Of a DNA stretch of 64,000 nt, positions 49,659-61,200 are shown one piece after another. Source of the stretch: Macrostomum hystrix (lineage: Eukaryota; Animalia; Platyhelminthes); assembly GCA_950097015.1 (NCBI GenBank), contig CATNEN010000014.1, forward strand, positions 124,001-188,000, read 5' to 3'. Positions within the stretch are counted from its first letter, which is position 1; each line of letters opens with the position of its first letter. The position numbers were made by a program, and so were the translations under genes. The notes beneath the pieces are model-generated. The model was not told where the DNA came from. It did not search any database and worked only from the letters and a program-made list of their open reading frames with translations.

Positions 49659-50195
49659 ATGACACCCGTACCAAATTCAATTATAAATATCACAGAACAA
49701 TCAGTTAAGGGAGGTCAAAAACCACCTACACAGCCAAAAGTTAAGGGAGGTCAGGCCACCTTAAATAAACAGAATGTAATTGTCATTAATGAAGAAGAAG
49801 ACGAATCCGAAGAAGAAGACAGAATGAGATGGAGAGTTAACATGCCAAATGAGGAATCTGAAGACGAAGTCTATGAAGAACAAGAAGCATTCTCTGACAA
49901 TGAAAGCGAAAGGCAAGAAGAACCGAATGAGTCAGAACGAGACGAAACAGACAGCGAAATGGACAGGACTGAAGAAATGAACATGAGTGACTCAGAGATT
50001 GAACATGAAGAAGAAAGAAATGTACATACAGAAGGAGCCCACGGCTATAATCTAAGACCACGAGGTGAGCGCGTGCAGCCAATGGACACGGCAGAGCCTA
50101 CCCCAGGCAGGAGAGGATTGCGTCATACCCAGCCAGTCACACATGGATTTGTGCCCCGCGAGAGGTATAGGCGACACCTAAATTTAGGACAATGA
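49659..50195 (+). CDS. 178-aa acidic ORF; probable pol/integrase C-terminal remnant
   Basis: Glu/Asp-rich and contains GYNLRPR, a motif typical of gypsy pol C-termini. Confidence 0.45.
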   Translation: MTPVPNSIINITEQSVKGGQKPPTQPKVKGGQATLNKQNVIVINEEEDESEEEDRMRWRVNMPNEESEDEVYEEQEAFSDNESERQEEPNESERDETDSEMDRTEEMNMSDSEIEHEEERNVHTEGAHGYNLRPRGERVQPMDTAEPTPGRRGLRHTQPVTHGFVPRERYRRHLNLGQ

Positions 50196-50625
50196 AACAG
50201 TAGGGAGCCGAATTAACTCGGATTGACATTTAAAGCAATGTAAAATCATTTAAAGTCAATAAATCACAAAACTAAAAATCGAATAAAATTGAATCTATAG
50301 AAGCTACAAAATTGATTCAAAAACGAATCTACTCAGAATTTAATAATCTTTCAGAAAAGTATAAACTCGATATATAAATACTAAATAATAACATTGAAAA
50401 CGATATTAAAACACATATATATGTGCTGACTAGACAACAGAAGTGTCAAAAGTGAAACCGCAAACCCCCAGGGATGCCGGACACAATGATGCGGTCCAGT
50501 TCCAAGTCAATATATTAAGACCCCCTGAGGCACGAGAAAAGATTATATCTAAGAGCCTTACCAGCTCCATTAAATAACTATATAAAAAGCCTTACAAGCT
50601 TCATTAAGAACAATTAGCAGGAACA

Positions 50626-51447
50626 ATGGACAATAACTTTGATATTCTGGAAGAACTCCTAAAAGGAGATACGAATGTTAGTGATCAGGAAAATGAGCTA
50701 CCAGCGGCGGAGAGAACTGCGACAAGGCCAAAACTGCCCAACGCCACACCAATAGCCCCCAAACGGGCTAGATCACCGTCACCGGTGGCAATAAAACAAG
50801 TCAGGCTGACTACAGCGAGTCAACCCGCTAGTACCAGTAGCCGACCCAGGTCAATAATCTGCTTAAACACCAGCAGCACGCCGAAGCTAAATACAGGAGC
50901 TACGGCTGGAGCAGCAGCCAAGAGAAACAACCCGGAATCTCGTCAAGAACCGCCGAAGGAGCAGCCGGAGCGGCGCCGACTGTCGCTGCAGTCTGGACGA
51001 TACCAACGGCAGCCAGACCAGCTCAGCGGTCAGCCAGGCACGGATTATCAGCCAGAACAGCCTAGCGGCCAGCCAGCCCAGCGACAGCAACGACCGCCAG
51101 AAGTGCAAAGGCAGCCAAAGGCGCAACAACTAGAGGACAGTGAGCTGCGAGAAAAGACTCACCATGATCTCCGCACTCACATGGAAAAAGTAGGGTTTCA
51201 CACCTACGAGCTGCCTTACCCGCAGCGACAAGCTGTCTGGAGCACTCTGGACACGCTAAGACAGAGTTTCAACCAAGAACAAGCGGTGGCCATCGTGCAA
51301 TCGGTGGCGCACCAGATCCAACAGGCCATTACATCAGGTCAATCCGGGACACCGCGCCGGAAACAGCTTAATTGGGAATTTCGATGGATCTTCCGCCAGC
51401 TTGGATGGCCATACTATCGGGCCCTGCCAGCACCTTGCGAATTCTGA
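50626..51447 (+). CDS. Orphan 273-aa accessory ORF of the non-autonomous LTR element
   Basis: ATG-to-stop ORF, GC-richer than its flanks; disordered Q/P/R/S-rich N-terminal part and a ~85-aa helical-looking C-terminal domain; no signal peptide or TM segment seen. Confidence 0.65.
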   Translation: MDNNFDILEELLKGDTNVSDQENELPAAERTATRPKLPNATPIAPKRARSPSPVAIKQVRLTTASQPASTSSRPRSIICLNTSSTPKLNTGATAGAAAKRNNPESRQEPPKEQPERRRLSLQSGRYQRQPDQLSGQPGTDYQPEQPSGQPAQRQQRPPEVQRQPKAQQLEDSELREKTHHDLRTHMEKVGFHTYELPYPQRQAVWSTLDTLRQSFNQEQAVAIVQSVAHQIQQAITSGQSGTPRRKQLNWEFRWIFRQLGWPYYRALPAPCEF

Positions 51448-52444
51448 AATTAACTAACTTGTTACTGTTTTAAAAAGGTTTTGGTGTTGTGATTAGCTCC
51501 ACATTTATTATTTTTGTACCTATGATTAGTTTTATAATTTTCTCACTCTGCATATTAAAAAATTTAATTGTTTTCATAAATTTTTACTCTGCATATTCAA
51601 AAATTATGTTTAGGGAGGTCAGTTGTAATAGAGCGAAAATAAGCATACTGTATATTGTATTTGAAATTTGACATTTTCTAAGAAACCAAAATTCAAATTC
51701 CGATAAATGTTTTACTGCACCGAATGTTTGTTTTACCGCACTCAATTGTTTTACTGTACCCGAATGTTTGTTTTATTGCACCCGAATAATTTCGCATAAA
51801 TGTTTGTTATAATTACGAGATAGGAAAAATACTATAAATACACGAGAAGTGAGGGAAAGAAAACTAACCTTGTCAAGAGCGGAAAAACATCCAAAAGACT
51901 TGAAGGTTCAAATAAGTATCTTTCAGATTAAGTGTTCATAAAAAGAGTTATTCATTTGATATAAAGAGAGATATAAAGAAAGAGCTGTAATCCTTAGATC
52001 ATTGGTAACGCCTTAAAAGCGGACTGAACATTGCAAACCAGAACCTGCTTAACCAGCAAATATATAAATCTATACAATTGCATGAAATACGTACATTAAA
52101 GCTCGGTTACTATATATAAACGCCACCAATTCAGACTTAAATACGCTACCATTAAGAGTTAAGAGCTTTATATTGCATTAAATTATAAGAAAGGTTAATA
52201 ACCACTGTGATAACAAGTAATCGGATATTAAATATTGTGTGACAATCTTATAACAATTTTGATAATAACATTTAAACAGTAAATATAATAGAAAGAGGCC
52301 TGTAACAACTTTGGTGGCATTGTTAGGATATTGTATTGAATAGAGAGAAGCCCTAGGACAGAATTGGCATGTCTATTAAAAAGTAAAAAGCAATCACCAA
52401 GCTCATCTCGTATGTCTAAGACTGCAGCAGCAGTACTACCTCAA

Positions 52445-52924
52445 GCTCAATCTGGTGATGTCGTGGCCAACAATGCAGCTGCTGCTCAATCTCGTGATGT
52501 CGTGGCCAACAATGCAGCTTCTGCTCAATCTGGTGATGTCGTGGCCAACAATGCAGCTGCTGCTCAATCTCGTGATGTCGTGGCCAACAATGCAGCTTCT
52601 GCTCAATCTGGTGATGTCGTGGCCAACAATGCAGCTGCTGCTCAATCTCGTGATGTCGTGGCCAACAATGCAGCTGCTGCTCAATCTCGTGATGTCGTGG
52701 CCAAAAATGCAGCTGCTGCTCAATCTCGTGATGTCGTGGCTAACAATGCAGCTTCTGCTCAATCTGGTGATGTCGTGGCCAACAATGCAGCTGCTGCTCA
52801 ATCTCGTGATGTCGTGGCCAACAATGCAGCTGCTGCTCAATCTCGTGATGTCGTGGCCAACAATGCAGCTGCTGCTCAATCTCGTGATGTCGTGGCCAAC
52901 AATGCAGCTTCTGCTCAATCTGGT
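52445..52924 (+). repeat. 39-bp coding tandem repeat, 12 copies (AQSRDVVANNAAA)
   Basis: Direct tandem periodicity of 39, in frame. Confidence 0.95.
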
Positions 52925-55609
52925 GCCAAAACCAGCGCACAAGCTACTACTCTGCAATTTCTTAGCGTATCAAGGAATTCAGATGCTTCTACACCACGAA
53001 CAAGTGCCCGTAAGCGTGGCAATTATGCCCTGTTTAGTCAGTCTGAATATTACAGTTATTTTAACTGTGATTTAGATGCAGAATCTGAAGTAGATGATGT
53101 CGGGGGAAAATGCTGCTTTGCTCTGAAATCTAGCGAAAATATTCAAGTTTCTCGCAATCATGATCCGATGAAAATCTCTCCGCGTCGTGGTATTAACTAT
53201 GTTTGCTATCTCGACGAGACTCATTTGATTAAGGAATCACGTATTTGTGAACACTTCAGTCGACAGCATCCTGCAGAAATGTTAAGGCACGAATAAATTG
53301 AGGACATAAAAAGAACGTTAGTGGATTTCAACACTGAGAAGTTCGGCAGCCTTCCAAATAAGCCGCGCATATCTGGTACCTCTGATGAGCCAAAGAAAGG
53401 ACGTAAAGGAAAGGACTTTCTTTGTCACCTCGACGCAACACATATCATTCGGAAATCAAGGTTTTCTGATCATTTTAAGTACCACCATAAGAAGGAGCTT
53501 GAAAGTACTCCTATGAAAAATCTAATTGAAAAGACCAAGTTAGCAACCATGAAAAGTGTTAGAATTGAACAAATTTCATCTAAACCTCTTTGTCCCGAAT
53601 GTAGCCTTCCAGTGATAAGCTCTCTTTTGAGTCATCTTATGAATTGGCATGAGTATTCCAACGAATATGCTATGAACATTATCCGAGATCAAAAGAAGCA
53701 ACAAGTCGAAGCCGAAGTCCAGAAGTCATGGCATCAGCAGGTTCCAGATCCATCAGCTGGCACATCAGCAACTGATAAGAGCGCAACATTAGTGTATGGC
53801 AAACCACGTTGAAACTTCTAAAAAAAGTCACAAACCATCGTTGGATGACTTTGAGTGTCATCTGCAAACCTACAGTGGATCTAAATTGGTGCTTTCGACT
53901 GCGAAGCAAACCCGCCGTGCGGTGGCCAGAATAATGGCTGAAATCGGAGCATCATCTATTCTGGAATTAATTGATGAACAGCACCACTCTCCAATCACAG
54001 ACTATCTCACGAAAAAAAGTGGCGCCTATTTGGACAGCACAAAAATTTATGTTGAAGGATTAAAGAGAATTGGAGCTTTTCTAAAACGCCACTACAATAG
54101 CCTAATCCAGAAAAGGAACAAAGGTGCAGATCTTGACTCATTCATGTATTGAGTCACAGTGTATTTGAGTTCTGGCAAGCATTCCATTATTAGAAATGAC
54201 AACAATGTACAATTATGACAATGACGCCAGGATTTACTGCGTCACGCACTCGCTTTATGCGTCACAGTCGAAACTTTCCCCATTTTCACTGAAACACAGT
54301 GCGTCACACTCCTGTCATTTTTGACATCCAGCGTCATGTCATTCTTTGCGGATATGTCATGGATGACCCCTCTCCATCCTTGCAGTTGCGCCTAGTCATT
54401 GCAATTGTTAGTCTAGGGGTTCTCTTGTTCTCTCCAACAATTTGACTGCCACAAAGAGACTGTGAATAAACAGACACAATGAGTGTTCCACAGAGTTAAA
54501 GACATCTTACAACATGAAGCAGGTATTTCTATGGGCTCTGAGCCTATTTAAATACATTTTTTGAGAGGCATAAGCCAAAATCTTATTTTAACCCCAGGCA
54601 TATCTTTGGCAGAATGTTTTATAATTACAGTCAACTTGTTAACAAATACTAAAATTGTGCATGAATGGTAATAATATTGGCTGAAAATAGAAGGCTGTGC
54701 CTATGGGATGTATTTAATGTTCGAGTTGGTGCGTATTAAGTTTTCAGCTTGTCTATTGTATATTTATTTTTGTCTCCTCTCATTAATGCTCTGCTTTATA
54801 TTTTTCCATGGTACGAGAGTTCATTTTTAAATGCTAAAGTTTTAAAACTTATTATAGTGGTGCCATGAAAGGGGCTATGTTAAGTCACCTATTTTTAGTA
54901 ATATTACAACTCTTCATTCTTTTGTCCTGAGTGGTAGGTTTTATTTTACAGTTTTAAGCGGTTTCCAAGGCATTAGCGTGCCTTTTGCTTTATTCTAGAA
55001 TGTATAAGTGTATTTTGATTTATACATTTTACTCGGTGTGCGCACACTACTTGAAAGGGTGCAGCATTTGCCTACCCATAAAGGCCAGCAAAGTATTGTA
55101 GTTGATAGCTACCTGAGAAAAAAACATGCCAACTTATTTAAGTTTTCAAAAGTTTGGTTTGTTTTTACCTGACTTGATTTGACTTACAAAGTTTACTATG
55201 TACCCGCGCCTCTAGACTTTCAAAGTACTTGGAAAGTATCCAAAGTAGGAGTTCACATGGTTGACTTTGAAAGTTTACAAAGTGTGTTGACCTCATCTGC
55301 ATTCAAGTACTTGGAAAGTATCCAAAGTAGGAGTCACATGGTTGACTTCAAAAGTGTATATTCGATAAAAAATAAATACTATATAATGTTATATAGTAAG
55401 AATATTCAGTAACATTATAATTCTGCAGTATGCTTTTGCAACTGCTGCTGATCAAGGCATTTTAAAGAACTTTTAATATATTAATAATATAATATATAAT
55501 ATAGAGTATACAAAAGAAGGGTATACATAGCACCACAATCTAGTCATATTGGGTTGTTTAAACTTTGAAAATTGCTCTAACAAACAAAATTTATTGCAAA
55601 AAGGGTATA

Positions 55610-56460
55610 CGACCCAAGTAATAGTTTCACACACAATGTGCATCAGTGACTCTTGCCACTTGTGGGTGTGGTCCTCTTCTTCCACTGATGGTGGAGTGAG
55701 TAAATTGCATCTATATAGAATTGCAGCTGAATCTTATCCACAAGAATGTGGTGTACAGCCTCCATGATGCAATCTTGATTCTCATGGACACAGCCCCACA
55801 TGACTTTCTTTAAGCATGGAATAACAGCAGTCACATGGATCCAAGTCTAGTGAATAAGGTGGGTGTGGGATGATGCATGGTAGTGTAGCTTCTCCATAGC
55901 CTCTTGTGTCCTTCTGGCTGTATGAGGTCAAGTGTTGTTATGTAGCAGGAGCAATGGCTTTTGACCACAATGTTTCCTTTTGATGTCTGCACTATAGTCT
56001 AGTTAGGGTCTGAACATAATGCTTAGCATTTACTGTCCAAGAAGTCAATTGTAAAGGGTCCATGACAATCACAAAAAAGCAAAAGCCATGATCTTCAGAG
56101 CATGCAGCTATTGCTACGCCTAAGTGGCAGATCAGATCCCTTGGTTGTCTATAACATCAACTGTGACTTGGTGAGAGATGCAAAGTGGGATATGCTGTTT
56201 GCCATGCACCAGTGCATGCTGGATCTTGATGCATCTAGTCTGTCAGCAATCTGCCAAATAGTGCAGCCAGGATCTTCTTCTAGTAGGCCTAAGTCTAATA
56301 TTTGATCAGGCAACTCCATGGATCTAGATGACCCAGGGGACCATTCTTTGAAAGATAAGGGCCTAGCGGCTAGGCCCTAGCCACATATTGTATACCAGCC
56401 TCAAACTGCTTGAACCACCAATACAATGTCTTTCTGCTGATGGTGTTGGAACCATGAATG
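55610..56460 (-). mobile_element. Degenerate mariner transposon relic
   Basis: Broken minus-strand frames give LYWWFKQFEAG, EDPGCTIWQIADRL, TVNAKHYVQTL, LLLHNNT*PHTA; candidate TIR end TTACTTGGGTCG|TA at 55610. Confidence 0.6.
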
Positions 56461-58208
56461 TATATTAGGTTAACATGGATTTTGGGACATTTTTGATTGA
56501 GACTCCAAAAGTTAAAAATTGCATAGTGTTGTCCTACCTACAGTTCAAGCTTAATTTTATGACAACAATATATTTTATTCTCTGCATTGCTAAGTTAGTT
56601 CTGCATTTGCTATTCTACTAAAGGTTTTTGTCAGTGAGCACATTATAACTATGATTAGGCCCCTATGAATTTATATAGCAAGGGGTCCTCACACAAGTCC
56701 ACATTGCTCAGAGAAAAACTAAAAATTGAAAATAATATTTTTTACTTAGGGGGCCCAAGAAAGCTAAAAAAGCCACTTGCTTTCGTTATATAAATTACTT
56801 CTGGCATACTTCACAATCCATTTCATTTTATTATTCATTTCAAATTCATAACATTTCATTAGATAAATATAGGTACAAACTAGAGGATTGTCAAAAATTT
56901 GTTTGGAGTTAAACTAAAAATTGGAGTTATTCCATAAAGATATACAAGTTTTTATGGTAATTAATAATTGCCATTAGAATCAGATCACTGAATAAGAAAA
57001 GCTACAAACCCAAATTCCAAAGGATTTTTTCTTTATAAACTTTCCATTAAGAAGAATGAATCACAATTCAACTATGGCCTGTAGTCAACAAATAGGACCT
57101 TCAACAAATACATTAAAAAACAATCAAGAAAGCAAAAATACATACCAAAGTCTTCGACTCATAATCCATCACGATTTTTTAAGTTGTGTCGTGGTCGTGT
57201 GTCAGTTATCCAGAAGTAGAAGACGTCTAGTCTCTAGTCTAATAATTTAGGCTGGCTATTGAAAATTGTGACCTGATTAAAGGTTCTTTTAATTAAGCAA
57301 TAACAATTAGTGAAAATATAAACTCCGGTGGATTTTTTAATCAACGAATTTTATTAAATTTTCGGTTTACTAATTTTCACATATTACTATTCGTGTAGGT
57401 AGGCCGTAGGGGGATCTAGGAAATGGGCAAAATGAACAGAACCCAACAGCTGAAGTACTGAGCAGCTGACGCACTGCAACATATTTCTCTTTTTTTAATC
57501 GATCACCTGACTTTTGAAAACCTAATTTAACATTACAGAAATACTTTTATCAACTAATAAAACTGATAATATGCAACTTTATTGTTCACATTAAACAGTC
57601 GAACCTAAAACTGTAAAGTATTTTTATTTAACTTTTAACTTTCTACGAACTTAACTGATAAAATCGATAAGACAAATTAGTTGATTAGGCCTAATGTGAA
57701 AGTCCTATGATTGTGAATTATTTCTAAAAGTATTCATATTATTGATTTTCAAAAATAATTTTAAGCTTTTAATTGATTTAAAAAAGTTAGTTTAACTGAT
57801 AAAGTAGCCTTTTTAGTCTTTATAGAAACAAAGTAGCAAAAAAACAAACGTTGCTTGCACTTATACTTTATAGCTTAGCCTTTGTATAGTAGAGCCTAGC
57901 TATTAATTCGACTTAAGGAAGTTAAGCCTTATGCTACAGTTGGCATCTAAGAATGAGTCGTTAAGTGAAAGTACTGCATTTACTTCTCAATCTAGTTTTA
58001 CATGCCCTATAAGAGAATAAATAGTTTATAATATGGCTTTAATCTAGATTAAATCCTAATTTGGGTATAGCTGGTTAACTGCTTATGTCAAACTCAATGG
58101 CTTTTGTAATTAAAAGCAACAAGGCAAAATCTATATTTAAACATTTATTTTAAAACAAAGTAAACACCTGCATATGCTAACCCCTGACTCTTGTTGTCTA
58201 GGACAATT

Positions 58209-61200
58209 ATGGATTCAAAGATTGATAAAATGAATGTTTCTAAAACAGAAACAGAGCGCCACCATTTTGCAAACCTCATTGAGAAACAAAAAGTTGATAA
58301 CATCACTTTAGAGTTTTTTTATAAACCTCATACTCTTACTTTGCTACTTTTTACTATTGGTTGGATTATATACATGGCTTTGAACAGGTATGGAGAAATC
58401 ATTTATTATGTACTAATTTTTAAGTGTACTACTTCTAATACTAATAGCATTTGGCCTATAAACTCTGTTGCTAAAGAATGGTAGTGAGACAGAAATAATA
58501 TCTATAGAACAAAAGAAGTAATATGTTCAGTCATTTCATATAATTTTTTATATTAATAAACTTTTTATAATTTTATTTTAATAGTTAGTAGTAGGATAGT
58601 GGGATATTTTAATATTTCTTAGAAACTATTTCCTACAAATAAATCTTATTTTATGTAACTATATAAAAAATTTCTTTCAATGCTCATTTTTGATTGTATG
58701 CACTAGAAATAAAGGTTTTAATAAAGTTGCAAAAATGAGGTGCAGAGGGACTTTTTTATAAATACTTGACCTTGAGTAAAATTCATTGAGAAATAAAAGT
58801 GAGGAAAGTAAAAAGACAGCTAGAACCCTAAATCCACATATCCACTCATAAGCCCAAGACAGACTGAAGAATAATTAAAGATCCATTGAATAGTAACTGA
58901 GGAGTGATAAGACTTAAGAAAAAGTGATAAAGAAGGATAAAGACTGATAAATAGTGATAAAGACTGTCACTATTTATCACTGTCCCTGAGCCTTGTTAAT
59001 AGTCATCGCAAAGCACACTCCACATCGCAAAGCCGTTTATCAGCACAAATGACTACTTTGTGCTCCTCTGTGTCCCGTGGCAACCTCTCCATGGCAGTTT
59101 TAAATTGACGAACATAATTATTTTTCTCGTGCAGGACTTCCTGTAACTCAAATACAATGTTGGCACGCACTCCTGGAGCGATTCTACATCGGCGCTCAAC
59201 CTGCTCTTGATGATCTCCCATGAAGTAGATCTGCAGGAACTTTGGCTCCTCTCCAGGCAGTGGTAGCAATGATCCTATGTCATGGTACACCTGACCTTGG
59301 ACTTTGAATGCAGGCATGAACCCTGGCTCACGGACAATACTTTTAGCTCCAAAAGAAGTCATTTGAAAGCAGCTGTTGTAGCACCGGATATTAGACAGAA
59401 AGTGCTCAGATTCTTCTGTCTCACCCAGCAACAGATGCTGATTGACCAACATTCTCGCCATCGCAAGTTTAGGATGGACACCATAGACAACAGTGGGATC
59501 ATAACTCAGAGCCGCATTCAGTGCCCAAGGACGTGGGCCAGCTGGCAGGTTCGTCAACGTTGGGGTTTGTTGGGGCCGGGGGTGGTCCAACAAATTGGAA
59601 GGTCTCAGCGCGTTCCCTATGCCGCTCTCGATCATCCTGCCGACGCACTTCAGCCTGGTTGGCTGTTTCATTGCGACGGGCCTCGGCAGTCCGGTCTCTG
59701 TTCTGTTCTTGGCGCTGCTGTGTCTGGACTGCAGTCTCATTGCGACGGGCCTCGGCAGTTTGCTCTCTGTTAAGCTCTCGTCGCCTATCTACGTCTCTGC
59801 CGTGACTGGCTGTAGAACTTATTGCAGCTCCAGCACTGCTTCCACTGGTGCCTGATGTCTGTGCTCTTGTCCGAGGTCGAAGGTTATAAGGCTGGACTGG
59901 CTCAGCTTCATTTTCACTTGAAGCTGCTTGTGGCTGTGCTGAGGTGCTTGGTCTAGGTACTGCTGTTGTTGCGCCGTCTTCTACTGCATCGTTTGGCCTT
60001 GCTGTTGCTCGTCGAGCTGCTTTAGTCAAGCGACTTAAAAAACTTTTCTTAGGTGGCATCTGAAAGTTAGAAGTAGTCCGAATGACAGGGGACCTGTGTT
60101 GAAAAATCTTTCTCTTCTCTTCAGTGGGAGAGGCTAAGCCTCTGTATATTTTAGCAAAGCACTGTACGCAAGCCTCTCTCTTTCTTCTATCCCAGGCTGG
60201 CTGGAGAGAAATATCGACTGGAGAGACAGTCTAGCGGTTTGGGCTATGTACATTCACGGCTTGAAATACAATGTACAGTCTGGGGCTTCGGCGCCCAGGG
60301 AAGGGAGGGGGTGGCTGTAATAAAATTTGGCCCGCAGAGTGGCGGAGGGGAGTTGGGGTGGCTGTCCTCGGAAAACAAAAAGTGACTCACTTTGAGATGA
60401 TGCAGCTTTGCTCTGGATTGAGTAGAGATGTTCAAAATTGATAGCATTGTTGGAAAACATGTAAAGTGTAAGTGGATCAAATTTGGAGAAAATCTGACAA
60501 AGTGGGGCGACAATATGTCGAATTGAGTGATTTTTTGACGATTTTTGAGCAGTTTTTTGCACTTTTGAGCAGGAAGGAAATGATTTTTCGGGAATTTGAG
60601 TAGCCTATTGCACTCAGCGTAGGTGGTTTTAGGTATGTGCAAAGTTTGGTGCGATTTGGTTGAGCGGTTTCGGCGTCTATAAAGACAAAAGGTTGCACAC
60701 ACACACACACACACACAGACAGAGTTTTCACTTTTATATATATAGATTATAGGCTATTACATGTTGCTAGATACCAGAGCATTAAATTTCAATTTTCAAC
60801 CAATTAAAAAGAATGCATGTTAATGAATTGTGCATTATTTATTTTATTGCTGTTCTTTCCTTTAGTTATAACTCATGTTATTAACCAATAGTGTGCCATG
60901 GTGAGCCATGGATATGTAACCAAGTGACATGTAACCAAGTGTGCCATGGATGTGCCATGAAGTCAATAACTGCTATGCACACAATTAAAAACAGACTGAA
61001 TGGAAGCCATGCCTGCAATAAAAAACTGGGTGAATGGCTGCCTGAATGCAAGTTCTCCTAAATTAATTCTGTTCATTTAGTCTTAATATTTTAGCTAATC
61101 ACTTGCAATTAATTCTCCATTAGTCAAATAAAATCAGGCTTTCAAGATCTGAAAGAAAAAAATCCAAATTAAATATTGTTTAACAAACTTTTTGACAAAT

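Larger units (their letters stand above)
47926..52360 (+). mobile_element. Non-autonomous LTR retroelement, 4,435 bp, very young
   Basis: LTRs 47926-48662 and 51624-52360 (737 bp, no differences seen); 4-bp TSD GAAT; PBS TGGTGGCAGCGG (48667-48678); PPT AGGGAGG before the 3' LTR; no RT, RNase H or integrase core motifs recognised. Confidence 0.95.
47835..54152 (+). pseudogene. Disrupted ORF: 13-aa repeats, three C/H zinc-finger-like motifs and a possible recombinase N-terminal domain; split by the LTR insertion
   Basis: Removing the element and one TSD restores ATG 47835 ...STEE|LACLLKSKK in frame; in-frame TAA at 53294-53296; frameshift near 53800. Confidence 0.7.

Noticed and set aside
52436-53075. 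Alternative-frame ORFs across the 39-bp repeat
   Set aside because: By-products of a stop-free repeat whose unit length is divisible by 3.
55219-55355. Local duplication with ~82-bp offset
   Set aside because: Real but appears to be an ordinary short tandem duplication with no further structure.
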